Notes: generated by a model from the letters alone, not told the origin. A DNA stretch of 64,000 nt from Bdellovibrionota bacterium (GCA_964202055.1 CAXNGS010000004.1:67071-131070); one strand, 5' to 3'; positions 37,538 to 45,609 are shown, counted from the first letter of the stretch. Program-made: numbers and translations.

Positions 37538-38049
37538 CTCGTCCGATCGCAATCAGCAGAATTAAGTTTGCGATTTTGGTTCTGAGCTTTTTTTCTGCAT
37601 CTCGGGTATTTTCTGAAGACGCGGCGAAGGCTCCGGTTGGAAATTTTAAATTCTGTGGCCTGCCCTATCAATTGGAAATTGCCAAGACCAATCAATTGCG
37701 GACGCAGGGCTTGATGTATCGTGATGAAGTGGCTCCTGGTAAAGGGATGTTATTTATTTTTAAAAAGCCCGAAGCCCTGAGTTTTTGGATGAAGAATGTG
37801 AAAATTCCGCTCGACATAGCTTTTTTGGACGCCCAAGGAAAAGTGGTGAAGTCTTATCTGATGGCTAGCGAGAGTTTGATGATTCGAGATAATAAACGCA
37901 CATTTTATTCATCCGTAAAGCCTGCACAATTTGCCTTAGAATTTGCGGCCGGCACCATTTCGAAAATGCCTAAGGCTGATCTGCAAAAGTGTCGGCTTCA
38001 GCCGCTGCCAAAAATTGACGACTCAGTTGAAGAGAGCTCAAAATTTTGA
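37534..38049 (+). CDS. DUF192-family exported protein
   Basis: Signal peptide, then LEIAKTNQLRTQGLMYR...GMLFIF...FWMKNVKIPLDIAFLD, the DUF192 (COG1430) signature. Confidence 0.7.
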   Translation: MTRPIAISRIKFAILVLSFFSASRVFSEDAAKAPVGNFKFCGLPYQLEIAKTNQLRTQGLMYRDEVAPGKGMLFIFKKPEALSFWMKNVKIPLDIAFLDAQGKVVKSYLMASESLMIRDNKRTFYSSVKPAQFALEFAAGTISKMPKADLQKCRLQPLPKIDDSVEESSKF

Positions 38050-38571
38050 AGATTCTTGAATTTGAATGGGCGCATTTTGCTTCGGATTGCTTAGCGCACT
38101 TTTAACTCGACTGCTTTTAGGCTGACTGATTTTTGATGGCTCAACGCTGTTCTTGAGGATGGAAACAATTCCAATAATCACAGCAGTTGCCAGCGAAGCT
38201 TTAAGTAAGATGGGCACGGCTGATTCGGGCTTTTGGGTTGTCATTCCTAATGTTTCTGGTGTGCGAAACAATCTTTTAATTGGCGAAACGCGCGCAAAGG
38301 AAATTTTTCTCCCCGCTAGCAAATCATCAAAGCTAAGCTCCAAATTTCCGCTCCAGCCAGTATGGTCAGCTTCCATAATCAAACTTGAATTGGAAAAAGT
38401 GTAACTGCCTTTGAGCTCGCAATTGGGTTCGTCGAATAATAGCTTTTGGTTGGGATGGCTAAGCAGGAATTGCTGGGCCACCTGGGATTTTATGATTTGA
38501 TCGACGTTGTCGGGAACGGGATTTTGCAAGCTCGATATAACTTTTATGAACGTCAGACAAAGTGTTTTCAT
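38038..38571 (-). CDS. Hypothetical protein (177 aa, C-terminal TM), last gene of the Flp-led operon
   Basis: ATGA overlap with the upstream ORF. Hydrophobic helix AVPILLKASLATAVIIGIVSIL near the C-terminus. No family recognised. Confidence 0.5.
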   Translation of the reverse strand: MKTLCLTFIKVISSLQNPVPDNVDQIIKSQVAQQFLLSHPNQKLLFDEPNCELKGSYTFSNSSLIMEADHTGWSGNLELSFDDLLAGRKISFARVSPIKRLFRTPETLGMTTQKPESAVPILLKASLATAVIIGIVSILKNSVEPSKISQPKSSRVKSALSNPKQNAPIQIQESSKF

Positions 38572-39176
38572 GGTTTGCTTTCTTCGATATTTTGTTTTTC
38601 AGGTGATGTTTTTTGATTGGCAAATTTCGAGTAGGTGATCGTGACTTTATTCCCCAGCGCGGGCACTGCAATTTGACTGGGCCGGACCACTTCAATGTCA
38701 CCCCATTGCAAAGGTTTTTTTGGGGGAATGTCTCGCTTTGATCTTAATTTCAAATCATCGCCCAATTGCTCCAGGCTAAATTGCAACAAGCTCCAAGCTT
38801 GGTTTTTGGTCATCAAGGATCGAGCAATGCTGACTTCCTCGAGCGCCAGCGGTTCTAGATATTCACCTTTAAAAATCGGAGTTTTCGAGGCAATGCCAAT
38901 TAAAAAATTAGAAGCGGAATCACCTTGGGTTTGGCTGAATTGATATCGATACGAAAATAGCGAAAGAATCGCCAGAATCAAAACCATCAGCGACCAGTGA
39001 TTTTTGAAAAATTCGAGCAATCCCTCGGTAGGAATGGCGAATTTTTTATTGCTGCCAATAAACAGCGCCCGACCCTTTTTAGCTTTAGCATCATCGACTT
39101 CATCAGCAGCTGGATTCTGCGCCAGGGGATTTGGGTTTTCATGGATCATCCAAGGCATGGGAATTTTTTTAATCAT
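38568..39176 (-). CDS. Hypothetical bitopic membrane protein (202 aa)
   Basis: ATGA overlaps on both sides. One TM (WSLMVLILAILSLFSY) after a ~60-aa N-terminal region. No family recognised (a CpaB/SAF-like idea is unsupported). Confidence 0.5.
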   Translation of the reverse strand: MIKKIPMPWMIHENPNPLAQNPAADEVDDAKAKKGRALFIGSNKKFAIPTEGLLEFFKNHWSLMVLILAILSLFSYRYQFSQTQGDSASNFLIGIASKTPIFKGEYLEPLALEEVSIARSLMTKNQAWSLLQFSLEQLGDDLKLRSKRDIPPKKPLQWGDIEVVRPSQIAVPALGNKVTITYSKFANQKTSPEKQNIEESKP

Positions 39177-39322
39177 GAGAGTCCTCTTTTTTGTTTTCGC
39201 GACAATTCTTCGAATTGCCTTAGAAGTTTGGATTCTTGTTCACTAATTTTTAAGGAAATTTTTTCAAGTGCGATAGCCGCACTCGCCATCAGGGCGACTA
39301 ATAGAATTAATTCTTGAATCAT
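39173..39322 (-). CDS. Unannotated 49-aa single-TM micro-ORF
   Basis: MIQELILLVALMASAAIALEKISLKISEQESKLLRQFEELSRKQKRGLS*. Its ATG overlaps the upstream TGA (39319..39322) and its TGA overlaps the downstream ATG (39173..39176). Below the ORF-track size cutoff. Confidence 0.45.
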   Translation of the reverse strand: MIQELILLVALMASAAIALEKISLKISEQESKLLRQFEELSRKQKRGLS

Positions 39323-39921
39323 CTAGGTAGTCCTTTTGGCAATGTTTCAGTGATTGGATTTGCATAGTAAAAATGCCAATGGGATTTTTGGCTCGCCACC
39401 ATTGATTGGGCACCGGCGAATTCTGTTCGGTGAATGTAGCTTGCTATGATTGATTGCTTGTTCGCGGGGGATTTTGCTTTTAAATCTCGGAGGCTAAAAT
39501 TTGAAGTGAGCGCTTTGAGTTTTAAATCACCAGGAATCAGGCAGAGATTTTTGCTAATTTCACGTTGAAAGTTTTGTCCAATCGATATTTTAAATTGCTT
39601 GAGCGCTAATTTGATTCGTGAATTTGCTAAAATACCCATTTGCCATTGCTGGTGGACGACCAGAAGCGCCGCCGAACTTTGAGCCGCAGCCAATGCTGGT
39701 GGATAGGGGAGCAGACTTCGGCACGAATTTCTCAAAACCCCCAGGGCTAAATTGGCGCTAAAAATGTTTTGAATGGCGTGGCTTTGGGTGGATAATTCTT
39801 GGCTTAAAATTTCATCGAGTTTTTGCCAATTTCGGAATTGAAGAAGATTTTTGGCGATTAAATGATAGACCGGAAAAATTCCACTCAGACTCACCAACCC
39901 AAAAAATATAAGACCAAGCAT
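39319..39921 (-). CDS. Hypothetical protein (200 aa, N-terminal hydrophobic segment; possible minor pseudopilin)
   Basis: The ATG directly abuts the upstream TAA. N-terminus MLGLIFFGLVSLSGIFPVY. No family recognised. Confidence 0.5.
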   Translation of the reverse strand: MLGLIFFGLVSLSGIFPVYHLIAKNLLQFRNWQKLDEILSQELSTQSHAIQNIFSANLALGVLRNSCRSLLPYPPALAAAQSSAALLVVHQQWQMGILANSRIKLALKQFKISIGQNFQREISKNLCLIPGDLKLKALTSNFSLRDLKAKSPANKQSIIASYIHRTEFAGAQSMVASQKSHWHFYYANPITETLPKGLPR

Positions 39922-40245
39922 TTAGTAACTTCCTTTTACGCGAATGTCGCGAGATTCAAATCCCGGAACTTTTGAGCGAACCTGGCTATAATTTTTGGCG
40001 CATTGAATCTCTAAATGTTGCTTTATTTCAGCGGGCCAAAAACTATGAGTTCGACATTGGATCATTGATGGGGATGAGCTGCCTGCTTGATAAATTCGCG
40101 CGCGGTGCAGGCTCATCACCTCAGCCCAAAGCAAATGTTGATGGAGTTCATTAACCAGCAAATACCCAAAGCCCAAGAGTGCTAAAATTATGAGCGGCAA
40201 ATAAAAAAGCGATTCGACTGCCGCTTGGCCCGAGCGATCAGTCAT
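39922..40245 (-). CDS. TadE-like pseudopilin
   Basis: N-terminus MTDRSGQAAVESLFYLPLIILALLGFG matches the TadE-family motif (G-x-A-A-V-E-F/S plus a hydrophobic helix). An 8-bp overlap with the flp-like gene. Confidence 0.6.
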   Translation of the reverse strand: MTDRSGQAAVESLFYLPLIILALLGFGYLLVNELHQHLLWAEVMSLHRARIYQAGSSSPSMIQCRTHSFWPAEIKQHLEIQCAKNYSQVRSKVPGFESRDIRVKGSY

Positions 40246-40516
40246 TTTCAGAACTCCGCCCGTTCATTTGAAAATCGTTTAAATCTTTTAGTGCGAGATC
40301 TTCCCTTTTGACTTTGCGACCGGCTGATAAATTCTTTTTGCCGATGATCCGATCGCTGATCACCCCCAGTCGGCTTTGGATGTTATGGCCCAATGTTTGG
40401 ACAACTCCGATCGATCCAATGCCAATCAATGAGACCAGAATCAGATACTCGGTGAGCGACTGCCCGGCTAATGCTTTGAATTTATTGTTTTTGTTGAGTC
40501 CACTTAAATGAGTCAT
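40238..40516 (-). CDS. Flp-family (type IVc) prepilin-like protein
   Basis: ...KALAG/QSLTEYLILVSLIGIGSIGVV carries the G/xxxxEY Flp processing motif followed by a hydrophobic helix. AAGGAG lies 5 nt before the ATG. The long charged C-terminal tail is unusual. Confidence 0.62.
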   Translation of the reverse strand: MTHLSGLNKNNKFKALAGQSLTEYLILVSLIGIGSIGVVQTLGHNIQSRLGVISDRIIGKKNLSAGRKVKREDLALKDLNDFQMNGRSSEND

Positions 40517-40595
40517 TTTTTCTCCTTAGTAATAATTGGCCAATAATTTGGCGAGTTGTAGCGGGTTGATTTTCATTCACGGTAGAATGTAACTA

Positions 40596-41369
40596 ATGGC
40601 CGAAACGTCTCGTAAAAAAAATCTGGGAAGCCAAGAAACAATGTGGGTTTTCTCTTTGGTTTTCTTGCTTTCTGGTTTGATGTTTTCGGTTGGGCTTTGG
40701 GTCGGATATGGATTTCGCCCCGCCGAGGAAAAAGCCGCGGCTCATGCCATCGCCAATGCGGAACACGAATCTCACGAAGAAGCCAACCGCGCTCCTGCGG
40801 CAGTGGTTGAAAACGATCGCGGCGGCGCCGCTTTGCGCGCCGGATTTTTGCAAGACAAGAGAAACACTCTGGATCGGGAAACTTTGAGTCGAGAGGCCTC
40901 GACTACCCCCAAATCGATTGAAGATTCCCGCGCCCATTTGGCGAGCCACGATCAGTGGAATCGTACGCCGGCCGGAGCAAAGGACAACAGCGGAGATGAG
41001 GCTCGTAGCAGGGCCATGAGTGCCGCGGCCCAAGAAGCTGAACGGATCAAGCAAGGCCCGGGCCAAAACGTGCGCGGACTTTTTGAGCGCAGCCCTTCTT
41101 CGATTGATACTTTCGAGCCGCAACCTGGTCGTTTCACGGTGCAGATTGCCAGTTTTGCGACCGAAGACGAGGCTCGTGCCAAAATCACTAAACTTCGTGA
41201 AGAAGGTTTCCAAGAGGCCTATTACAAGACAGTTAAAATCCGCGGCGGTGAAACTTGGTATCGCATTTTCGTTGGATCTTTTCCCACTCCAGTTTGGGCC
41301 AAGCGAATGGGCGACAAATTGAAAAAGCAAAAAATGACCACTGACTTCGCGATTCGCGAAGTGAATTAA
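40596..41369 (+). CDS. SPOR-domain (septal peptidoglycan-binding) membrane protein
   Basis: N-terminal TM MWVFSLVFLLSGLMFSVGLWVGYGF, a low-complexity linker, and a C-terminal FTVQIASFATEDEARAKITKLREEGFQEAYY...WYRIFVGSF SPOR fold pattern. Confidence 0.8.
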   Translation: MAETSRKKNLGSQETMWVFSLVFLLSGLMFSVGLWVGYGFRPAEEKAAAHAIANAEHESHEEANRAPAAVVENDRGGAALRAGFLQDKRNTLDRETLSREASTTPKSIEDSRAHLASHDQWNRTPAGAKDNSGDEARSRAMSAAAQEAERIKQGPGQNVRGLFERSPSSIDTFEPQPGRFTVQIASFATEDEARAKITKLREEGFQEAYYKTVKIRGGETWYRIFVGSFPTPVWAKRMGDKLKKQKMTTDFAIREVN

Positions 41370-41408
41370 GCTGTTATTTAAATTTAGATTCAAAATTAGC
41401 TCCATATC

Positions 41409-41448
41409 AACTCCACTGCTTTTAACTCCACTGCTCTAACTCCACTGG
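41409..41448. repeat. Three direct repeats of AACTCCACTG(C/G) (periods 15 and 14 bp)
   Basis: aactccactgct (41409..41420), aactccactgct (41424..41435) and aactccactgg (41438..41448). The last overlaps the final codons and stop of the sigma-54 activator gene. Confidence 0.8.
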
Positions 41449-42404
41449 CCGTTGCTGATTCTGCGTTGCCAATCGCTTTGAAAAATCGGAGGGAGATCTT
41501 CGATGCTAATGCTTTCACTTTCGCAATGGAGAGTTGCGTAGAGCAGCACGTGCTCGAGCTCGCGAAAGTTGCCGGGCCAATCGTGTTTTTGAAATCGAGC
41601 AAGAACGGAATCCTTAAGACCAAATGTTTTTCTGATTCGGTAGTGAGACTGAATTTTCTTGAGCATTTTTTTGGCCACTTCATCGATGATTTCTCGCTGG
41701 TCTCTGAGTGTCGGCAGAAAAATTTGAATCATCGACAGCCGATAATAGAGATCGCGGCGCATTCGATTTTGCTCCACTAAAATCTCGAGCGGAATGTTGC
41801 TGGCAAAGACCAACTGGCATTCCACGTTCTTGGTTTCGCGGCTTCCCAGCGGCTCAAAGCTTTTACTTTCAAGCACACGCAGCATTTTTGCTTGAGTGCC
41901 CAGATCCAAACATTGGATCTCATCCAAGAACAAGGTGCCTTTGCGGGCCAATTCAAAGCGACCAAATTGTCGATCTCGTGCCGAGGTAAAAGCCCCGCGC
42001 TCGTGGCCAAAGAGCAGTGATTCCGCGATGTCGGTGGGAATGGCTGCCGAGTTGATCGCCACCAAGGGGGCCTCGGCCAAGCTCATTCCTCGATTTTCCC
42101 GCCGCAACTTCCAAAGTTCTCGCGACAACAGTTCTTTGCCGGTTCCCGATTCACCAACAATTAAAATCGGAACCTCATGGCGAGAGGCAATTTCAATTTG
42201 CTTCCAGATGGCCAACAGGTTTTTTGGCGTAGCCCAGAACGAAAAGCCCGGCGGTATTTCCAGCGCTTTGATCCTTTGCGAGGCCTCTTTAAAAACTTCT
42301 TGAGTAGCCTTGTGAGAAGACCTGAGAGAGCCTTTTTTGAATTCCGTTTTGAATTCAGTTTGAGATTCCAAAGAACTGATTCTGCTTTCCATGCAGAGGG
42401 CCAC
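41436..42404 (-). CDS. Sigma-54-dependent AAA+ activator (bEBP), central domain only
   Basis: Walker A VGESGTGKE, ESLLFGHERGAFTSA (GAFTGA-loop variant), Walker B LFLDEI, and WPGNFRELE. Only ~70 aa precede the AAA+ core, and no Fis-type HTH follows it. Confidence 0.85.
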   Translation of the reverse strand: MALCMESRISSLESQTEFKTEFKKGSLRSSHKATQEVFKEASQRIKALEIPPGFSFWATPKNLLAIWKQIEIASRHEVPILIVGESGTGKELLSRELWKLRRENRGMSLAEAPLVAINSAAIPTDIAESLLFGHERGAFTSARDRQFGRFELARKGTLFLDEIQCLDLGTQAKMLRVLESKSFEPLGSRETKNVECQLVFASNIPLEILVEQNRMRRDLYYRLSMIQIFLPTLRDQREIIDEVAKKMLKKIQSHYRIRKTFGLKDSVLARFQKHDWPGNFRELEHVLLYATLHCESESISIEDLPPIFQSDWQRRISNGQWS

Positions 42405-42553
42405 AGCAATTTATGGACCAAGTCTAAAAGCTCGTGAGCCAGGCTTTAAATTGGTGGCTAACAAGGGAGTCCGAAATTTTGGAAAAGAAAGTCGCAGCTT
42501 TCCGAAAAGCCGGAAAAACCATGGACTTAGCCTAAACTTGTCCTAAAGAGGCT

Positions 42554-42569
42554 TGGAGGAAATTTTGCA
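42554..42569 (+). promoter_or_regulatory. Candidate sigma-54 (-24/-12) promoter TGGAGGAAATTTTGCA
   Basis: The GG and GC dinucleotides have the canonical spacing (second G of GG to G of GC = 11 nt; consensus TGGCAC-N5-TTGCW). 24 nt upstream of ATG 42594 and divergent from the bEBP gene. Confidence 0.4.
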
Positions 42570-42593
42570 TCGTGTTACTATATGTGACCATAT

Positions 42594-42851
42594 ATGGGCC
42601 GCAAAAAGATCTCGACGACGGTTTACCTGACCGAGCCTCAGGTCGCAGCTCTTCGTGAGCTCCACAACCGCACGCGCGTCCCCATCGCCGAATACATCCG
42701 GATGGGCATCGACATGATCTTGGACAAAAATTCTTACCGATTGCCCGGTCAAGTTTCGCTATTTGATAATTTCAGTGACGACGAGCTTGGAGTCGGCCAG
42801 AAAGAGACCCGAAAGTCAGACGATGAAGAAGATTCCGGTCTCCAGGATTAG
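42594..42851 (+). CDS. Ribbon-helix-helix (CopG/Arc-like) small DNA-binding protein with an acidic tail
   Basis: [40 protein letters not shown] fits the strand-helix-helix pattern. The 3' end overlaps the lepA start by 29 bp. Confidence 0.62.
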   Translation: MGRKKISTTVYLTEPQVAALRELHNRTRVPIAEYIRMGIDMILDKNSYRLPGQVSLFDNFSDDELGVGQKETRKSDDEEDSGLQD

Positions 42852-44682
42852 AAATTTCTCGATCATTGCCCATATCGATCACGGTAAGTCCACGCTGGCC
42901 GACCGTTTCATCGAACTTTGTGGCGGTTTGTCGAAACGTGAAATGGGCGAGCAAGTCTTGGACTCGTTGTCGATTGAGCGCGAGCGCGGAATCACCATCA
43001 AAGCCCAAACCGTTCGCTTGTTCTTCAAAGCCGAAGATGGCGAAGAGTATCTGCTGAACCTGATCGACACCCCGGGACACGTCGATTTCACTTATGAAGT
43101 ATCGCGGTCACTAGCGGCGTGCGAAGGCGCGCTACTAGTTGTCGATGCTTCACAAGGCGTTGAGGCTCAGACTCTGGCCAACGTTTACATGGCTCTTGAT
43201 CACAAGCTCGAAGTTATTCCAATATTAAATAAAATCGATTTACCATCGGCCGAGCCCGAACGGGTTCGCCAAGAAATCGAAGACATCATTGGACTTGATG
43301 CCAGCATGGCGATTCCGACTTCCGCCAAAGAAGGCGTCGGCATTCGTGAATGTTTAGAGGCGGTCGTGAAATACGTGCCATCGCCCAAGGACCAGCCTAC
43401 TCAGCCACTGCGCGCGCTGATCATGGACTCTTGGTACGACAATTACCAAGGCGTTGTTTTGTTGTGTCGAATCATCGAAGGCACTTTGAAAAAAGGCGAC
43501 AAAATTCAAATGATGCACATGAATTCGCTGATCGAAGGCGAGGCTGAAAAGAAATTATACTCGGTGATTCGAATCGGATATTTCTCGCCCAAGGCTGTCG
43601 ATTTGGATGTCGCGGCTTCCGGCGAAGTGGTGTTCGTCGTTGGCAATATTAAATCGGTTCGTGAAACCCGGATCGGTGACACCATCACTCATTGGGGTCC
43701 GCAGTCCCACGATAAATCTTATGAAGTTGCGAAGGAACCATTGCCGGGTTTCAAGCAAGTTCAGCCGGTAGTTTTCGCGGGAATTTTTCCGACCGATGCG
43801 GCGGACTTCGAAGACCTTCGTGAATCGCTTGAAAAATTATCGTTGAATGATTCGGCGTTGACCTTTGAGCCCGAATCTTCAGCGGCTCTGGGCTTTGGAT
43901 TTCGCTGTGGTTATTTGGGACTCTTGCACATGGAAATTGTCCAAGAGCGTCTCGAGCGCGAATACAACATGTTCTTGATCACCACGGCTCCGACCGTGAA
44001 ATATATGGTGACCATCGAAAATTCAACTGAAGTGAAGATGATCGAAAATCCGGCGGATATGCCCGATGCTAATTTGATCGCCAAAATCGAAGAGCCAATG
44101 ATTCGCGGAAGCATTTACACCCCGTCGGAATACATGGGCGCGGTCATTAAGATCTGTGAATCCCGTCGTGGGATTCAAGAAACCATTAACTACATCACAA
44201 CCACGCGATGCCAAGTCATTTACCGAATGCCTTTGGGCGAAATGGTTTTCGATTTCTATGATCGTTTGAAGTCGGCGACCAAAGGTTACGCCAGTTTCGA
44301 ATACGAATTGGCCGGCATGGAAGAAAGCGACTTGGTAAAACTCGACGTGTTGATCAACGGTGATCCGGTGGATGCGCTGTCTTTGATCGTGCATCGATCA
44401 AAGGCCTATGATCGGGGTCGCGATTTGACCAAGCGTTTGAAGGAAGAAATTCCGCGTCAGCAATTTGAAATTGCGATTCAGGCCGCGATCGGCTCAAAAA
44501 TCATTGCTCGTGAAAGCATCGGCGCCCTTCGCAAAAACGTAATCGCGAAATGTTACGGCGGCGACATCAGCCGTAAGCGCAAGCTCTTGGAACGGCAAAA
44601 AGAGGGCAAGAAACGCATGAAGTCGATCGGCTCAGTTGAAGTGCCCCAAGAGGCTTTTCTGGCGGTTCTTAAGGTTGAATAG
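42823..44682 (+). CDS. lepA: Elongation factor 4 (LepA)
   Basis: Start moved to ATG 42823 ([28 protein letters not shown]). G motifs DTPGHVDF and NKIDL. The LepA-specific C-terminus ...[25 protein letters not shown]. Confidence 0.96.
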   Translation: MKKIPVSRIRNFSIIAHIDHGKSTLADRFIELCGGLSKREMGEQVLDSLSIERERGITIKAQTVRLFFKAEDGEEYLLNLIDTPGHVDFTYEVSRSLAACEGALLVVDASQGVEAQTLANVYMALDHKLEVIPILNKIDLPSAEPERVRQEIEDIIGLDASMAIPTSAKEGVGIRECLEAVVKYVPSPKDQPTQPLRALIMDSWYDNYQGVVLLCRIIEGTLKKGDKIQMMHMNSLIEGEAEKKLYSVIRIGYFSPKAVDLDVAASGEVVFVVGNIKSVRETRIGDTITHWGPQSHDKSYEVAKEPLPGFKQVQPVVFAGIFPTDAADFEDLRESLEKLSLNDSALTFEPESSAALGFGFRCGYLGLLHMEIVQERLEREYNMFLITTAPTVKYMVTIENSTEVKMIENPADMPDANLIAKIEEPMIRGSIYTPSEYMGAVIKICESRRGIQETINYITTTRCQVIYRMPLGEMVFDFYDRLKSATKGYASFEYELAGMEESDLVKLDVLINGDPVDALSLIVHRSKAYDRGRDLTKRLKEEIPRQQFEIAIQAAIGSKIIARESIGALRKNVIAKCYGGDISRKRKLLERQKEGKKRMKSIGSVEVPQEAFLAVLKVE

Positions 44683-44688
44683 CTTGCC

Positions 44689-45609
44689 TTAATCCAGTCT
44701 GCCGATCGCACGATGTTCGACACGGATCAAGCAAATATCTAAAATAGGTGGTGGAGCGCGCACGAGGAAGTCAGTTCCGGGGTGACGCTTTTTGTCTTTG
44801 AGTTGCGAAAAAAATTCGGATTCGGTTCGCAAAATTTCAAAGGCCGGACGATTTTTTTCTGGAAGATCCGCTGCGATTTTCATTCGTAAAATGGGATCTC
44901 GTTTTTTTTCATTCGCTATGACGCCGCTGTTGATTTCGGGCACTCCGCGATTGAGCTTTTGCAGAAATTCCATTCCCGAAATCACCCGCCCAAAGGCCGT
45001 TAAATTTCGGTCCAAGCGGCGCGGTGCTTGGCCGATGACCACGTAAAATTCGGTGCTCGCGGTGTCTGCTTTGCTGTCTCTTGCGAAAGCAAAAGTTCCG
45101 GGACAGTGAAGGATCCATTCGCGATTTTCTGCGTGATCACGACCCACCGGAAATCCATCTAGGTGTCCGACTTCGGGAGCAAAAGGATCGGAATTACCCA
45201 GTGGAGTGAAGTTTTCATCTTTTGAAATGGCAACGTCGAATTCGGCTTTGATCGGAGGATACGGCTTCACCAAAGCCGCGCGTTTAGCGTCGGGAAAAGA
45301 ATCGTCGTCGCCGCTTCCGCCTTGAGCCACGAAACCATCGACCACGCGATAAAAAGTTAAGCCATCAAAGAAATGTCCACGCACTGCTTGGCGCATTCTC
45401 GCAAAGTGGGCGGGCGCAAAATGGGGAGCTAACTCGACAGCGACTTGTCCATAACGAGTGTCGATTAAAAGTAAATTTTCGGGATCAACGCTTCGCCATT
45501 CTTCAGGAGCGGCATTGCTGGTTTTATTAACTCCGGGAGTTTCAGAGATTTTAATTTGGCTGGCGCAAGCCGAAAAACAAATTGCAAAAAACAAGGTTTG
45601 AAACTTCAT
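44689..45609 (-). CDS. Cyclophilin-type peptidyl-prolyl isomerase, lipoprotein-like
   Basis: Signal/lipobox MKFQTLFFAICFSACAS and FYRVVDGFVAQGG, a cyclophilin core motif. Confidence 0.85.
   Translation of the reverse strand: MKFQTLFFAICFSACASQIKISETPGVNKTSNAAPEEWRSVDPENLLLIDTRYGQVAVELAPHFAPAHFARMRQAVRGHFFDGLTFYRVVDGFVAQGGSGDDDSFPDAKRAALVKPYPPIKAEFDVAISKDENFTPLGNSDPFAPEVGHLDGFPVGRDHAENREWILHCPGTFAFARDSKADTASTEFYVVIGQAPRRLDRNLTAFGRVISGMEFLQKLNRGVPEINSGVIANEKKRDPILRMKIAADLPEKNRPAFEILRTESEFFSQLKDKKRHPGTDFLVRAPPPILDICLIRVEHRAIGRLD

Noticed and set aside
40517-40595. I searched for a sigma-54 -24/-12 element upstream of the flp-like gene, given the adjacent activator.
   Set aside because: No GG-N10-GC arrangement with TGG/TTGC context occurs on the coding strand. 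Only the AT-rich direct repeat, reported separately, is present.
40593-41405. A 270-aa ORF lies on the minus strand almost exactly antisense to the SPOR gene.
   Set aside because: The plus-strand product has a clear TM plus SPOR domain. The minus-strand translation has no recognisable motif, is low-complexity and Arg/Ser-rich (typical of antisense read-through of a GC-richer gene), and lacks a Shine-Dalgarno sequence.
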